Below, piece by piece: positions 38,801-47,704 of a DNA stretch of 64,000 nucleotides (positions are counted from its first letter, which is position 1; every line of letters starts with the position of its first letter). Source of the DNA: a virus (Duplodnaviria; Heunggongvirae; Uroviricota; Caudoviricetes). Location: positions 11,064-75,063 of the IMG/VR virus record IMGVR_UViG_3300006226_001702; one strand, 5' to 3'. Both the position numbers and the translations under genes were made by a program. The notes beneath the pieces are model-generated. The model did no database searches. It was not told the origin of the DNA and was given only the letters and a program-made list of their open reading frames with translations.

Positions 38801-40409
38801 TGATTTTGATATTGAGGAAGAAGCTATTTCTGAAAAACAAATAAAAGGAAGCTTATTAAATAAAATAGCTTTATATTTAGAAAATAAAATAAATTATAAA
38901 GACACACCCGAGAAAGAATATATAAGATTTAGTTTTAAAATTAGCCCAAAAGGTTCAGGACAATTAAAAATCGGATTTAATTTTAAAGGAAGTGGTAATA
39001 AAGCTTTAATTGGAAATAGAATAAATAAAGATAAAATAAAAGATCTAATTGATGAAATTAATATCTCACAAGATAACGAAAAAGTTATTTGTACTGGTAA
39101 TATAACAAATTTTATTGTTTATCAAAAAGGTGATACTCAAATTGATTTTAAATATCATCCATCAGACCAAGCTATAAATGAATCAGGGGCTTCAAAAATA
39201 GTAAATGAAACTGATATTCAAGAAGCTTTATTTGCTTATATTTTAAGTAGATATAATGAAGTAAGAAGTGGTAAATTGAATATTGAAAATATTTTAAATT
39301 TTAATAATTTTGATAATATTTTAATAGATCATTTTAATTCTGAAGAAGAATTTAATAATTTCTTTGCACCAAAATCAACAACTGGTAAAGAATTTAGTCA
39401 ATATGGTACTGACGGTAAAAATTGGGTGTTCTTTTTCAATACATTAATTAATGAAATAAAAAGTGATGAATTTTTGAATAAAATAAAAGATTGCTATAAT
39501 AATAAAATAAAAAATCAAATAGATTTAAATCAATATAAAGTTTATCATCCTAATTTAAAAAACTCTGAAAATCAAAAACATGATTTTTTAATTAGACAAT
39601 TTGGTGCTACTCAAGGATCATTTTTTAAAGATACTATTAATCCAACAGATGTAATTTTGTATAAAGATTTAAAAGAATTTGATTTATTATATAAAAGTTT
39701 TGATAATGTCGATGAATATAAAAAAAATTGGAATAAACATATAGAAAATTTAAATATTATAGGATTATCATTAAAGAAAAATACGAAAAGTAATTTAAAA
39801 ATATATAGAACAAATCCTGAACCAATAGGCACGAGTAAAGCATTTGATGAGAAAAGATTAGTTTGTTTTAGATTTAATAATGAAAATCCAGAGGTTTGTA
39901 CAGTAAAAATAAATGAAAAAACTATAAATAAAAATTATAGTTTGATGAGAAATAAAAATGATATTCCTACAGGAATTATGATTGAAATACCTGTTGATGA
40001 AAAACATATTCATATGAATGCAATAGGCTTAACATTTAGAAGTTCTTTAGGAAATGACAAATTAAAACCTGGTATTAAAGTAGGTCTTGATTTTAGACAA
40101 AAAGGTGGTAGTCCTGAGGCACAATTAGGAAGAGCTTCTGATTCTTTAGAATATCTATTTAAAAATAATAGAAAAGCTTATGATGAGTGTTCTACACTAA
40201 TATCAGTAGATGATAATGGTTGGAATAATATTAAAAATAATTTTATAAAAAATTTATCATTATTAGGAGATAAAAATTTAAAATTAAACATCACAAAACT
40301 TTTAGCTTTTGGATGTAAATATGCAATTTTATTTGTTGATAGCAATGGAAATATAGATAAAAATAGACCAAGTGAATCACTTGCTGTTGATTATATAAAA
40401 ATATCATAA
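35814..40409 (+). CDS. giant multidomain protein: Rnl1-like RNA ligase domain + HxGH nucleotidyltransferase domain + Asn/Lys/Ile-rich low-complexity C-terminal half
   Basis: Motif I KIDGG; motif IV/V EGFIASDVDGDFVKLVDR (cf. T4 Rnl1 EGYVAVMKDGSHFKIKSDW); GRLNPVSIGH = (T/H)xGH adenylyl/cytidylyltransferase signature; sharp composition shift near 38330. Confidence 0.5.
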   Translation: MNFLNELVSLSRDEMVDEYNKTNRDPIENVKFDKRAASSFSASRKATRHKITDKLFPDGFNEFDLHSAGIAIQRLMNTGEFDPDYDIKDDIEKLTGADRDLIKAVLVKSQYHIDKENVKGSVERNYPHLDISQFDDIYEVFTDIIGPNHGDTSLYGIEAEIELLTCIALRKMGYHTSNVYDNFYSEASEAQIKETLIKVAKAYYQSKQHKLEESFKLRIQNLREGKTSTMHLEDSIIRGPATMNKMIEFFNYLYGLLEGTYTGDNPPISQKIDGGPVIFMWSSFPGLPGPGCAGKGLLNKTPVHYTTHEQIDADDKPQGYKDKLHYVLKLAQAVKIPANQVWMGDMLFSKGDAKTYEQDGEKFVYVKPVTIAYAAPFDSDIGKKFLNCEVGAVFHTRFRDNLTNKTNDISISELGDIPDWAFVKDAQINNLSGKVSFNKQESAFVKREIDKLKKLVNELNNNEAYHELTKNQKFIDSYVTTLQNNKIDRQSKIDPNEFVNELVSWIGTKMDNNRSKLDSLKTEAGRIKKAASLDTTQKELNYLVTNNKDVIQKIATCLKLATDIKEYMVEKINEADEWISQIETKDGFSKTGGEGFIASDVDGDFVKLVDRAAFTYFARSPDIIKGGAHSASRENTEKKTAVVNFGRLNPVSIGHRKMAEAIRAKADELGGEAFIYLSHSYDGVDSKKFKKGTTKNPLKYEDKITFVQDAIGDIVTVVNSKADQAFAVYGELYRKGFTDLVIIAGEDRIEVFERDAQNHNGKYDAEPMRCFDFDSIKAVNAGVRDEDSDDEAEQASASLLRRAVSDNDFETFEKFVGAKSYAQEMFDLLKYEMGLSEKLKENEELTIDELINRLDNEDNNIEIEIDVNPDPNEETNFNIIEEPENKNEVNDSTENRESSPEEISSEINSAIDSYMNESINIFNKIFYKSLKEETKRGKTYTVKGKENIKKVLFNIKKRHKDLTFYNAKHLGGGKWEIKTSYAKSRSNLSNREIEWNDFDIEEEAISEKQIKGSLLNKIALYLENKINYKDTPEKEYIRFSFKISPKGSGQLKIGFNFKGSGNKALIGNRINKDKIKDLIDEINISQDNEKVICTGNITNFIVYQKGDTQIDFKYHPSDQAINESGASKIVNETDIQEALFAYILSRYNEVRSGKLNIENILNFNNFDNILIDHFNSEEEFNNFFAPKSTTGKEFSQYGTDGKNWVFFFNTLINEIKSDEFLNKIKDCYNNKIKNQIDLNQYKVYHPNLKNSENQKHDFLIRQFGATQGSFFKDTINPTDVILYKDLKEFDLLYKSFDNVDEYKKNWNKHIENLNIIGLSLKKNTKSNLKIYRTNPEPIGTSKAFDEKRLVCFRFNNENPEVCTVKINEKTINKNYSLMRNKNDIPTGIMIEIPVDEKHIHMNAIGLTFRSSLGNDKLKPGIKVGLDFRQKGGSPEAQLGRASDSLEYLFKNNRKAYDECSTLISVDDNGWNNIKNNFIKNLSLLGDKNLKLNITKLLAFGCKYAILFVDSNGNIDKNRPSESLAVDYIKIS

Positions 40410-40419
40410 AGGAAATATA

Positions 40420-41106
40420 ATGAATAAATTAAAAGAAGGATATCCAATTTTTCCAAAAAATTCATCTATAGGTGGTTGGGATAAATATGAAAAAGAAACT
40501 ATTTATGACCCAATAAGAAAAAAAGTTAGTTGGATAATAGATAAACTTGATTACACTGGAGATGAGAGTGACCTTAGGAAATTACTTCATAAATATTTCT
40601 TGCCTCAAAGTAGAAAATCTTCAATATGGGATGAAAGACTAGCTGAATTTGACCTCACAAGAGAAGATGTGAGCAAAGTTAATTATGATTATAGTGTTTG
40701 GCAAGCTAAACAAAAAGATAAAATAGAGGAAAGCAACATGAATAAATTATTTGAAGAAGTTTATAAAAAATCACTAAAAGAAGAAATAGAAATATGCGAT
40801 AGTTGTGGTGACCCAACCTCTGATAATTATAGTCAAGATGAAGGAAAGGTTCTTTGTCATGATTGTGCTGTTGAAGAAGATTATGAAAATGACCCAGGTT
40901 GGATTAGTTGTGAATTATGCGGACAAGATTTTGATTCAACTGAAGAAGGTGAAGAATGCGGTCATATACCAGATTCTAAATATTGGCTTTGTGATGAATG
41001 TTACAATGATGAAGATAATTGGTGCCCAGAATGCAATGGTATTATAGGCCTCGAAGTTGAGAATGAAGATGGGGAATGTTCAGGCTGTGGTTGCCCATTA
41101 GAATAA
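40420..41106 (+). CDS. Cys-rich multi-zinc-finger protein
   Basis: C-terminal CDSCG...CHDCA...CELCG...CGH...CDECY...CPECNG...CSGCGC; internal MNKLFEEVYKKSLKEE motif. Confidence 0.5.
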   Translation: MNKLKEGYPIFPKNSSIGGWDKYEKETIYDPIRKKVSWIIDKLDYTGDESDLRKLLHKYFLPQSRKSSIWDERLAEFDLTREDVSKVNYDYSVWQAKQKDKIEESNMNKLFEEVYKKSLKEEIEICDSCGDPTSDNYSQDEGKVLCHDCAVEEDYENDPGWISCELCGQDFDSTEEGEECGHIPDSKYWLCDECYNDEDNWCPECNGIIGLEVENEDGECSGCGCPLE

Positions 41107-41107
41107 A

Positions 41108-41272
41108 ATGAAATCATTTGATGAGATTTATATAATAAACAAAATAGAAGACGATTATAAAGCAGGTGAGATATCAAAAGAAGAAGCTATTAAAAGCCTC
41201 AGAAAAATTTGGGGACAATTAGGTTATTCTGTTGATAATGAAAATACTGAAATATATTTAGATGCTCTTTAA
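41108..41272 (+). CDS. small protein starting MKSFDEIY
   Basis: 54-aa ORF below track cutoff; N-terminus carries the recurrent motif. Confidence 0.3.
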   Translation: MKSFDEIYIINKIEDDYKAGEISKEEAIKSLRKIWGQLGYSVDNENTEIYLDAL

Positions 41273-41808
41273 TCAATATAATGAAAATAGTATCTAGGTT
41301 TTCCTTCATGTGGGACTTCAACTCGAATCATAACAGTATGATTTTCCCCATCTAATTCCACATCACTAGAGAAAGTTACATACTTCTCTATATCAGGTTT
41401 TTTGAATTGTTTGTAATTTGGTTTCTGATACTCAAAATCCATATCACCAATTATGTCATCAAGTTCTACAACTATAGATAGGACATCATACCAATAATTT
41501 TCGTCATCAGCACGAGATTTGAACACATTAGCGGCCCCCTTATCACCACCTCTCATTGCTTCAGCAATAGAAAAGAAAAGCTCTTTGAATCCTCGCTCAG
41601 TTATTTTAATATCACGACCTTCTTTAGTTTTGAAAGTTCTATCGAGAAAATTACGCTTAAAATAGTTTTGGGCAAACTTATACACATCTCTAACAGGCTT
41701 TTTGTAATCACCTTCGCCTTCTAAAGATTTAGCATACACTCTTTCAAATAGGCTATTCACGTGATTTGAAGTAATCCTTAATGTCGCTAATTTCTCTTTG
41801 AACTCCAA
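41269..41808 (-). CDS. hypothetical protein
   Basis: 179-aa ORF; contains SLFERVYAKSLEGE. Confidence 0.45.
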   Translation of the reverse strand: MEFKEKLATLRITSNHVNSLFERVYAKSLEGEGDYKKPVRDVYKFAQNYFKRNFLDRTFKTKEGRDIKITERGFKELFFSIAEAMRGGDKGAANVFKSRADDENYWYDVLSIVVELDDIIGDMDFEYQKPNYKQFKKPDIEKYVTFSSDVELDGENHTVMIRVEVPHEGKPRYYFHYID

Positions 41809-41941
41809 TTAGAGCATTAAACACATCAGAATTAGCATCAATATCAGTGAGTCGTTGCATTAACTTCAATGCATCCATAACATTCTTTGAAGCACCATTT
41901 ATGCTTGTAATAATATCGCCAATGATTATATCGTCATCCAT
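41753..41941 (-). CDS. small hypothetical protein
   Basis: 62-aa ORF with ACTAATTATTATG start context. Confidence 0.35.
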   Translation of the reverse strand: MDDDIIIGDIITSINGASKNVMDALKLMQRLTDIDANSDVFNALIGVQREISDIKDYFKSRE

Positions 41942-41966
41942 AATAATTAGTAACTCACTAAATAAT

Positions 41967-42578
41967 ATGGATAAATCTACTTATATACTACGACAATCAC
42001 TTGGCTGGTTGGGAGCAGCACTTCCCTTCATGTGTCTCATCTTTGGGGCACTTGGAATGTACAATGAACCAACATGGTTTCACACTATGTCACAAACATT
42101 TTACACTCCAGCAATAACTCCATTCGTTGGTGTTCTTTGGGCAGTTGGAATCTTCCTCATTGCTTATGGAGCAGCAAATCTTTATGACTATTGGGGTGAC
42201 AGAGTAGTCAACATTGCCTCTGGTATCTTTGCTATTGGCGTTGCTGTTTTCCCATGTCAAACGGCTCTATTCACACACGTTGGAATGTTCATGTTACCAG
42301 TTGGCACATCAGCAATCCTTCACTATATATCAGCAGGCGGGCTATTCATTATGCTTGCCATCAACATTCTTTGGCTCTTTAGAAAAGGCAAATCAGAAGT
42401 TCATAATAGAATCTATCTAATATGTGGGCTCGGCATTGTGTTCGGGTTCCTCCTCATTGGCGCAACTGTTCTATTTGGCTTGTGGGGCTTTTTGGGTTGG
42501 ATTGCTGAAGCAATTATGTTGCTATGTTTCTCCTTCGCTTGGTTGGTGAAAGGAAAAGCATTCAAGTTAATATCATAG
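41967..42578 (+). CDS. polytopic membrane protein
   Basis: Track ORF trimmed to MDKSTYIL (CACTAAATAATATG context); about 6 hydrophobic helices. Confidence 0.5.
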   Translation: MDKSTYILRQSLGWLGAALPFMCLIFGALGMYNEPTWFHTMSQTFYTPAITPFVGVLWAVGIFLIAYGAANLYDYWGDRVVNIASGIFAIGVAVFPCQTALFTHVGMFMLPVGTSAILHYISAGGLFIMLAINILWLFRKGKSEVHNRIYLICGLGIVFGFLLIGATVLFGLWGFLGWIAEAIMLLCFSFAWLVKGKAFKLIS

Positions 42579-42579
42579 A

Positions 42580-42972
42580 GTGTGCATGCCTGGAAGAAGA
42601 AGTAGTGATGACCCAAAATGGAAGCTGACAAAAGCTGCAGTTGATAAGAGGGATAAAAGAAGGTGTCAATTTGATAGATGTTTGTTGGCAAAAGAAGCCC
42701 ACTCTTTAAGAAATGGCGGGCCAACGACATTAGACAGAGCCCATATTTTTGCAGCATCCACTTGGCCTGAACAGATTTACAACACTAAGAACATAGTCAC
42801 ATTGAAACGATTCCTTCACAGAAGATTAGATGATTATCAGTCCCCATTAGATGGAACGCCAATATCTCACAATGAAAGAATGTGGTGGTTCTATCGGATA
42901 TATACAAAAAGTCACTTACATTATGATGAAAATGAGGACTATGAGCTTAAACTTAAAACCGAAATCTTCTAA
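42580..42972 (+). CDS. possible HNH-like nuclease
   Basis: RRCQFDRC...EAHSL...LDRAHIF...N...LHRRLDD; loose CxxC..H..N..H pattern. Confidence 0.3.
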   Translation: MCMPGRRSSDDPKWKLTKAAVDKRDKRRCQFDRCLLAKEAHSLRNGGPTTLDRAHIFAASTWPEQIYNTKNIVTLKRFLHRRLDDYQSPLDGTPISHNERMWWFYRIYTKSHLHYDENEDYELKLKTEIF

Positions 42973-42987
42973 AACTTACTAATTATT

Positions 42988-45975
42988 ATGTCTGATGGAA
43001 TTAGCCAAATAGTTGGCAGTGTTAGCGACGGAGCCCAACAAGTAACTGGTGGGCTTAATGCTGTTAATGCTACACTTGGCGCAATCAATGAGAAAATAGA
43101 AGGTCTCCATGAAACTAAAACTGAACAACTACAGGTCGAGGTAACAGCTCTTCCTGATTTTGTTCGTGACATTTATGACAAAGTTGCGCAAATAACTGAT
43201 GGCTTAACTGATAGTAAAGATATCCTTTCAGACATTCGTGACACTGGAGATGAACCATTAGAAGTTGGTGAAGGCCCAATTTACATTGGCGAGACTTTAG
43301 ATAGATTATTAGGTGACCAATCAATACTTGTCACTTCAATCAATGATATCCTTCAAAACTTAACTGGTGAACAAGCTGTAGCAGGAAATGCAACTGGGCC
43401 ATCGTTGGACTTTCAAGATGAGGGTTGGCAATCATTAGCTCAAACTATAGTTGCATTCGTTGATACGGCATCAGCAGCAGGCGCATCTGACATTCAGGCA
43501 GGGCTAACTGCCATTCAAAATGTGTCGCAATTCATTGATGAAGCTCAAGCTATTTTTGCTGATTTTACTGTTCCGGGTTCAGTGTTAGAACTTTCCACAT
43601 TCATTGGCCAAATTGAACCATTACTAAGTTCCATTCAAGAAGTAGCTGATTTTGCTGCAACTATTCCTGACTTTGAAGTTCCATCATTTGACAATGTGTC
43701 TCTGTTGTTTCAATCACTACAGACGATTACGACAGAAGCAAGCAATATATCAGCCATCTCAAGTGAGGCAATAGAAGGTTTGGGTTCAATTGACACATTC
43801 GTTGAAGCTGTACAACTTATTGCTAATGAACTACAAGATGTGGCTATTCCAGACATTGATGTTAGTGGACTATTTAGCGGGATAAATGAAGCAGCTGAAC
43901 TTGCTGCCAATATGAACTCACTTATATCAGATGCAAACAACACAGTAACTCAACTTGGCGGTTTTGTAACTGCCGTTAACGAAATAAGCGAACAATTTAT
44001 AGACTACTCAGATGCTGGTGCTGCCTCTACAATGATGGCTTCATTCATAACTGACTTGTCAACAGCTATAACAAGCATATCGGCAACTGGAGAATTAGCT
44101 GCATCATCAGTAGACAATCTTGCGGCTATCGCTGACTTTGTTGGTGGTATGAACCAACTATTTGGCACTTTAGCAATAGTTGAAGTTAGTGATGCTGTTG
44201 CAGTGTCTGATGAGATTCGTTCATTCTTCACTGACATCGCCGGCACATTTGAGTCGCTCAATGCTATTCAAGATCTAGTCACGGACGCAAGTGGAACTTT
44301 ACAGAACATTTCATCTTTCATTGTTGGAGTAGCCGAACTAACTGGTGCTGCCGATACATTGGAATTAGACGACTTTACTGAGTCAATGGTTGGCATTGCT
44401 AACTCATTGACATCATTAAGTACAACTCTATCAGCTCTTCAAGAAATCGATGAAACTCAAATAGAAGAAGCCGGCTCAATTCTCACTGAGGTTGCAGGAC
44501 TATTCACAACAGTTAGCGGACTATCATTAGCAGCAGAAGAAGCTCTATCATCAGTGCCTGCTTTAACAGATGCAGCTAGCCAAATAGCTGCTGTTTCAAC
44601 ATCACTCACTACGATGTTAAGTGCTGTTGATATGCTAAATGAAAGTGAGATAGATAGTGGCTCATTAGAACAGATAGCAAGCTTAATCACAACTTTCCAA
44701 TCACTGTCAATGGTAGCAGCAGAAAGCTTAAGTACCATGTCAGATTTAGACGACTTTGCAACAACAGCTACTGCCACATTAGCTCCGCTTCTTGGAGTTG
44801 TTGACTTACTAAATGACACTACAGACATACCAGCCAATCGCATTGGCGAACTTCAACAAATCATAGCATCGCTTGGCGAGCTTGGAGAAGTTGCAACACT
44901 ATCAGCAGCTCCATTAGATGACTTGAGTTCATTCTCAGAGCAAGCACAAGCAGCATTGGGCCCGCTACTTAATGTACTTCCAATAGTTAACGAACTATCA
45001 GACATAGTTCAAGAAGTGGACTTGAGCCAATTGAACAGGATAGGCGACATTTTTGGCAGGCTTTCAGCATTGGGAGAAGATACGACTCTAACTGGCAACA
45101 TCGAGAATTTAGCCGACATCACCTCATCAGTCAACACATCAATGGCCTCAGTAGCAGAAGCATTCAGTGCGGTGCAAGAACTTTCAATGTTCAGCGAGCA
45201 AGTCAACATGGGCGGTATCGCTGGAATGTTTGAGCAGTTGGGTGAGCTTGGAGATGTTGCATCCGAAAGCATGAACAGCATTGGCGATGTGAATGCAGTA
45301 GCAACTGAAATAGCTCAGGCTTTCCAATCAATGGGCGCAATCACTGACTCACTAGAAGTAGTTGGTGAACTCACTGAGCAGTCAGGCGTCATAATTGATG
45401 GCTTCAAAATGATGGATGATATGATGGATGTGCTTGGCAATCTTGCCGGAAAGAGTGAGATGCTTGGCGGAGTTGCTGGCTCATTGTCAAACATTGAACA
45501 GTTTACTGCATTGGGTGATTTGTTTGGCCAACTCGCATTGAACCAAGATGCATTAGCAGATAGCAAATCACTCACACAGGATATGATGGGCGCCATTCAG
45601 AACTTGATAGTCGTTGGCGAATTTGCTGATGAATTGGGCGACTTCAAATTGAACCTTGAAGAGAACTTAATCACACCGTTGTCTGGATTAGCAGAAGGGG
45701 CTGAGAACCTTCGCAACATTGCAAGTAGTGTGCGCGAGATCAATTCAGAATTGACTAAATTATCAAGTGATAATGCAGATACGTTAAAGTCACTGAACGT
45801 TGAAGATAGTGATAGCGTGTTTGGTTCACGAGGTGATAGTTTTGGAATGGAGCCTCAACAGCAGCAGAATGAGCAGCAAGGGAATGACCCACAGTTGGCA
45901 GCTATATTGCAGGAGTTGAGTGCGATTAAAGAAGTTTTAAGTAAGGAAGAAAGTTCCTCATGGTTGGAGAATTAA
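42988..45975 (+). CDS. tape-measure-like or internal virion protein (Ala/Ser/Leu/Thr-rich, 995 aa)
   Basis: Low-complexity helical composition with recurring LGELGEVA-like segments and a Gln-rich C-terminus; call rests on size and composition. Confidence 0.35.
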   Translation: MSDGISQIVGSVSDGAQQVTGGLNAVNATLGAINEKIEGLHETKTEQLQVEVTALPDFVRDIYDKVAQITDGLTDSKDILSDIRDTGDEPLEVGEGPIYIGETLDRLLGDQSILVTSINDILQNLTGEQAVAGNATGPSLDFQDEGWQSLAQTIVAFVDTASAAGASDIQAGLTAIQNVSQFIDEAQAIFADFTVPGSVLELSTFIGQIEPLLSSIQEVADFAATIPDFEVPSFDNVSLLFQSLQTITTEASNISAISSEAIEGLGSIDTFVEAVQLIANELQDVAIPDIDVSGLFSGINEAAELAANMNSLISDANNTVTQLGGFVTAVNEISEQFIDYSDAGAASTMMASFITDLSTAITSISATGELAASSVDNLAAIADFVGGMNQLFGTLAIVEVSDAVAVSDEIRSFFTDIAGTFESLNAIQDLVTDASGTLQNISSFIVGVAELTGAADTLELDDFTESMVGIANSLTSLSTTLSALQEIDETQIEEAGSILTEVAGLFTTVSGLSLAAEEALSSVPALTDAASQIAAVSTSLTTMLSAVDMLNESEIDSGSLEQIASLITTFQSLSMVAAESLSTMSDLDDFATTATATLAPLLGVVDLLNDTTDIPANRIGELQQIIASLGELGEVATLSAAPLDDLSSFSEQAQAALGPLLNVLPIVNELSDIVQEVDLSQLNRIGDIFGRLSALGEDTTLTGNIENLADITSSVNTSMASVAEAFSAVQELSMFSEQVNMGGIAGMFEQLGELGDVASESMNSIGDVNAVATEIAQAFQSMGAITDSLEVVGELTEQSGVIIDGFKMMDDMMDVLGNLAGKSEMLGGVAGSLSNIEQFTALGDLFGQLALNQDALADSKSLTQDMMGAIQNLIVVGEFADELGDFKLNLEENLITPLSGLAEGAENLRNIASSVREINSELTKLSSDNADTLKSLNVEDSDSVFGSRGDSFGMEPQQQQNEQQGNDPQLAAILQELSAIKEVLSKEESSSWLEN

Positions 45976-45976
45976 A

Positions 45977-47281
45977 ATGAGTTATGGTAGTACTAGAGTA
46001 GCAATAAATAGTGAAGGATTTGCAAATGCAGGAAAAATAACTGATGCTGTTTATACTTCAGATTCAGATGCAACTAGAATACTCCCAAGTGATAGTGGAG
46101 TGGCTATGACTAACCCAGTTTGGGAAACTTATGGCCAAAGTAAATATACAGATGAAAGAAATCATGCATATCAATATATAAATAAATATAAGGTAGTTGA
46201 AATAGCATTAGTAAATGCAAGTAGAAAATTTCCTCCTGATCTTACAAGTAATGAATGGGGGAATTGGAGAGAAACTAATGCTGGAGCAACACAACCAATA
46301 AAAGTTGATAAAAGTGTTTTATTATTAAAACAAGGACAAGGAGAAGGGGGAGACCAGAAGTTTAAATTTCGTTATACGAATGAATATGGAGATAAAATTT
46401 TTGATACTTTTTCAGGTGGATTTGCTCAAAATTTAAAAGGTGGGTTTGAATTACTTAGAAATATCGCTGATAAGTTTAAAGATAAAAAAGTTGATGCAGC
46501 TTCTGAGGCTGGAGAAGATGATGGTTCTTCAATGTCGACCGGCGGGAAATTTATGTCATTATATCATAAAACACCATCATGGGAAGGAATAACTCCATTA
46601 AGTTTTGAAGATACAATGGCTTTTGATTTTAATTTTGGACAGGCTGGTATTTTTTCTGCTGAACACGAGGTGGTTAGACCAATTTTAGCATTAGCTTTAA
46701 TATTTCTCCCATATTCTCCAGAAGGAGATAATTATTTTCTTGGCCCATTACCCACTGCACCTCATTTTTATTCAAATTATCTTTTAACTTTTGGACAACA
46801 AGAAGACACAACGGAAAAAAGAGAAGATTTTGGTAGAAGTTTTCTTCAAGAAACAAAACGAGCTGAAGCTTTTATGCTAGCAAAACAGGTTACAGCTGTA
46901 GAAAAGTCATTAGAAGGCCCTCTTCATAAAGGTAATACTAAAAGTTCAGATGGTTTTTCAACAGCTATATGTTTCAAAATTGGAAGAATGACTATCGGTC
47001 CTTTTATTGCTTCTACCATAGATTGGACTTTTGATTATAAACAAGTTGATGAGTTTGGTTTTCCATATAAAGGTTCTATTACATTTGGTGGTCTTAAATC
47101 AAATATAATTCCAACAGAAAAATTTGTTGGGTCATTTTTTCAAGGTCTAGATTTCACAGATAAATTAAATGACCCAGGTAATTCTGAAGTAGGTAGAGAC
47201 CCATCTTTATCTCCAGATGAAATATTAATGAATATGAATAATAATAGTGGTCATGATGCTAGATTAATGTCAATGTCTTAA
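45977..47281 (+). CDS. hypothetical protein (possible distal tail/baseplate protein)
   Basis: 434 aa, ATGA-coupled to the preceding large ORF. Confidence 0.4.
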   Translation: MSYGSTRVAINSEGFANAGKITDAVYTSDSDATRILPSDSGVAMTNPVWETYGQSKYTDERNHAYQYINKYKVVEIALVNASRKFPPDLTSNEWGNWRETNAGATQPIKVDKSVLLLKQGQGEGGDQKFKFRYTNEYGDKIFDTFSGGFAQNLKGGFELLRNIADKFKDKKVDAASEAGEDDGSSMSTGGKFMSLYHKTPSWEGITPLSFEDTMAFDFNFGQAGIFSAEHEVVRPILALALIFLPYSPEGDNYFLGPLPTAPHFYSNYLLTFGQQEDTTEKREDFGRSFLQETKRAEAFMLAKQVTAVEKSLEGPLHKGNTKSSDGFSTAICFKIGRMTIGPFIASTIDWTFDYKQVDEFGFPYKGSITFGGLKSNIIPTEKFVGSFFQGLDFTDKLNDPGNSEVGRDPSLSPDEILMNMNNNSGHDARLMSMS

Positions 47282-47507
47282 CGCTCAAATAAAGGTTCCA
47301 AATCATTAATGTAAGTCATCGTAATAACATCATGATTCTTTCCCCTTAACAGGACAATATTCTTATTAAAGATATCTTCAACAATCAAAGGAATTCCTCT
47401 CTTGAGGTGGCAAGGACAAATCAATAGCGGGCTATATCGTAAATAGGATCTAAAGAGATAGTAACTTGGTTTTGATAAATTTGCTATTCGAACTACAGTC
47501 CCAGGAA

Positions 47508-47699
47508 TTAGTAGTGCCTTCGTCTTCTTCGCTCACTATGCTGGTCAGTCATAAAATCATCAACAACTCGACGAACAGTTTCAAAATCTTCTATTCCTTC
47601 AAGTTGGTCAACAACTTCTTGCCAACCCTCATATAGTTTGTACATGTCAGTTTCAGAATGCTTATATTCGGACTGTAGATAGTTATATGCTATTTCCAT
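47508..47699 (-). CDS. small hypothetical protein
   Basis: 63-aa ORF with ACTAATTATTATG start context. Confidence 0.35.
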   Translation of the reverse strand: MEIAYNYLQSEYKHSETDMYKLYEGWQEVVDQLEGIEDFETVRRVVDDFMTDQHSERRRRRHY

Positions 47700-47704
47700 A
47701 ATAA

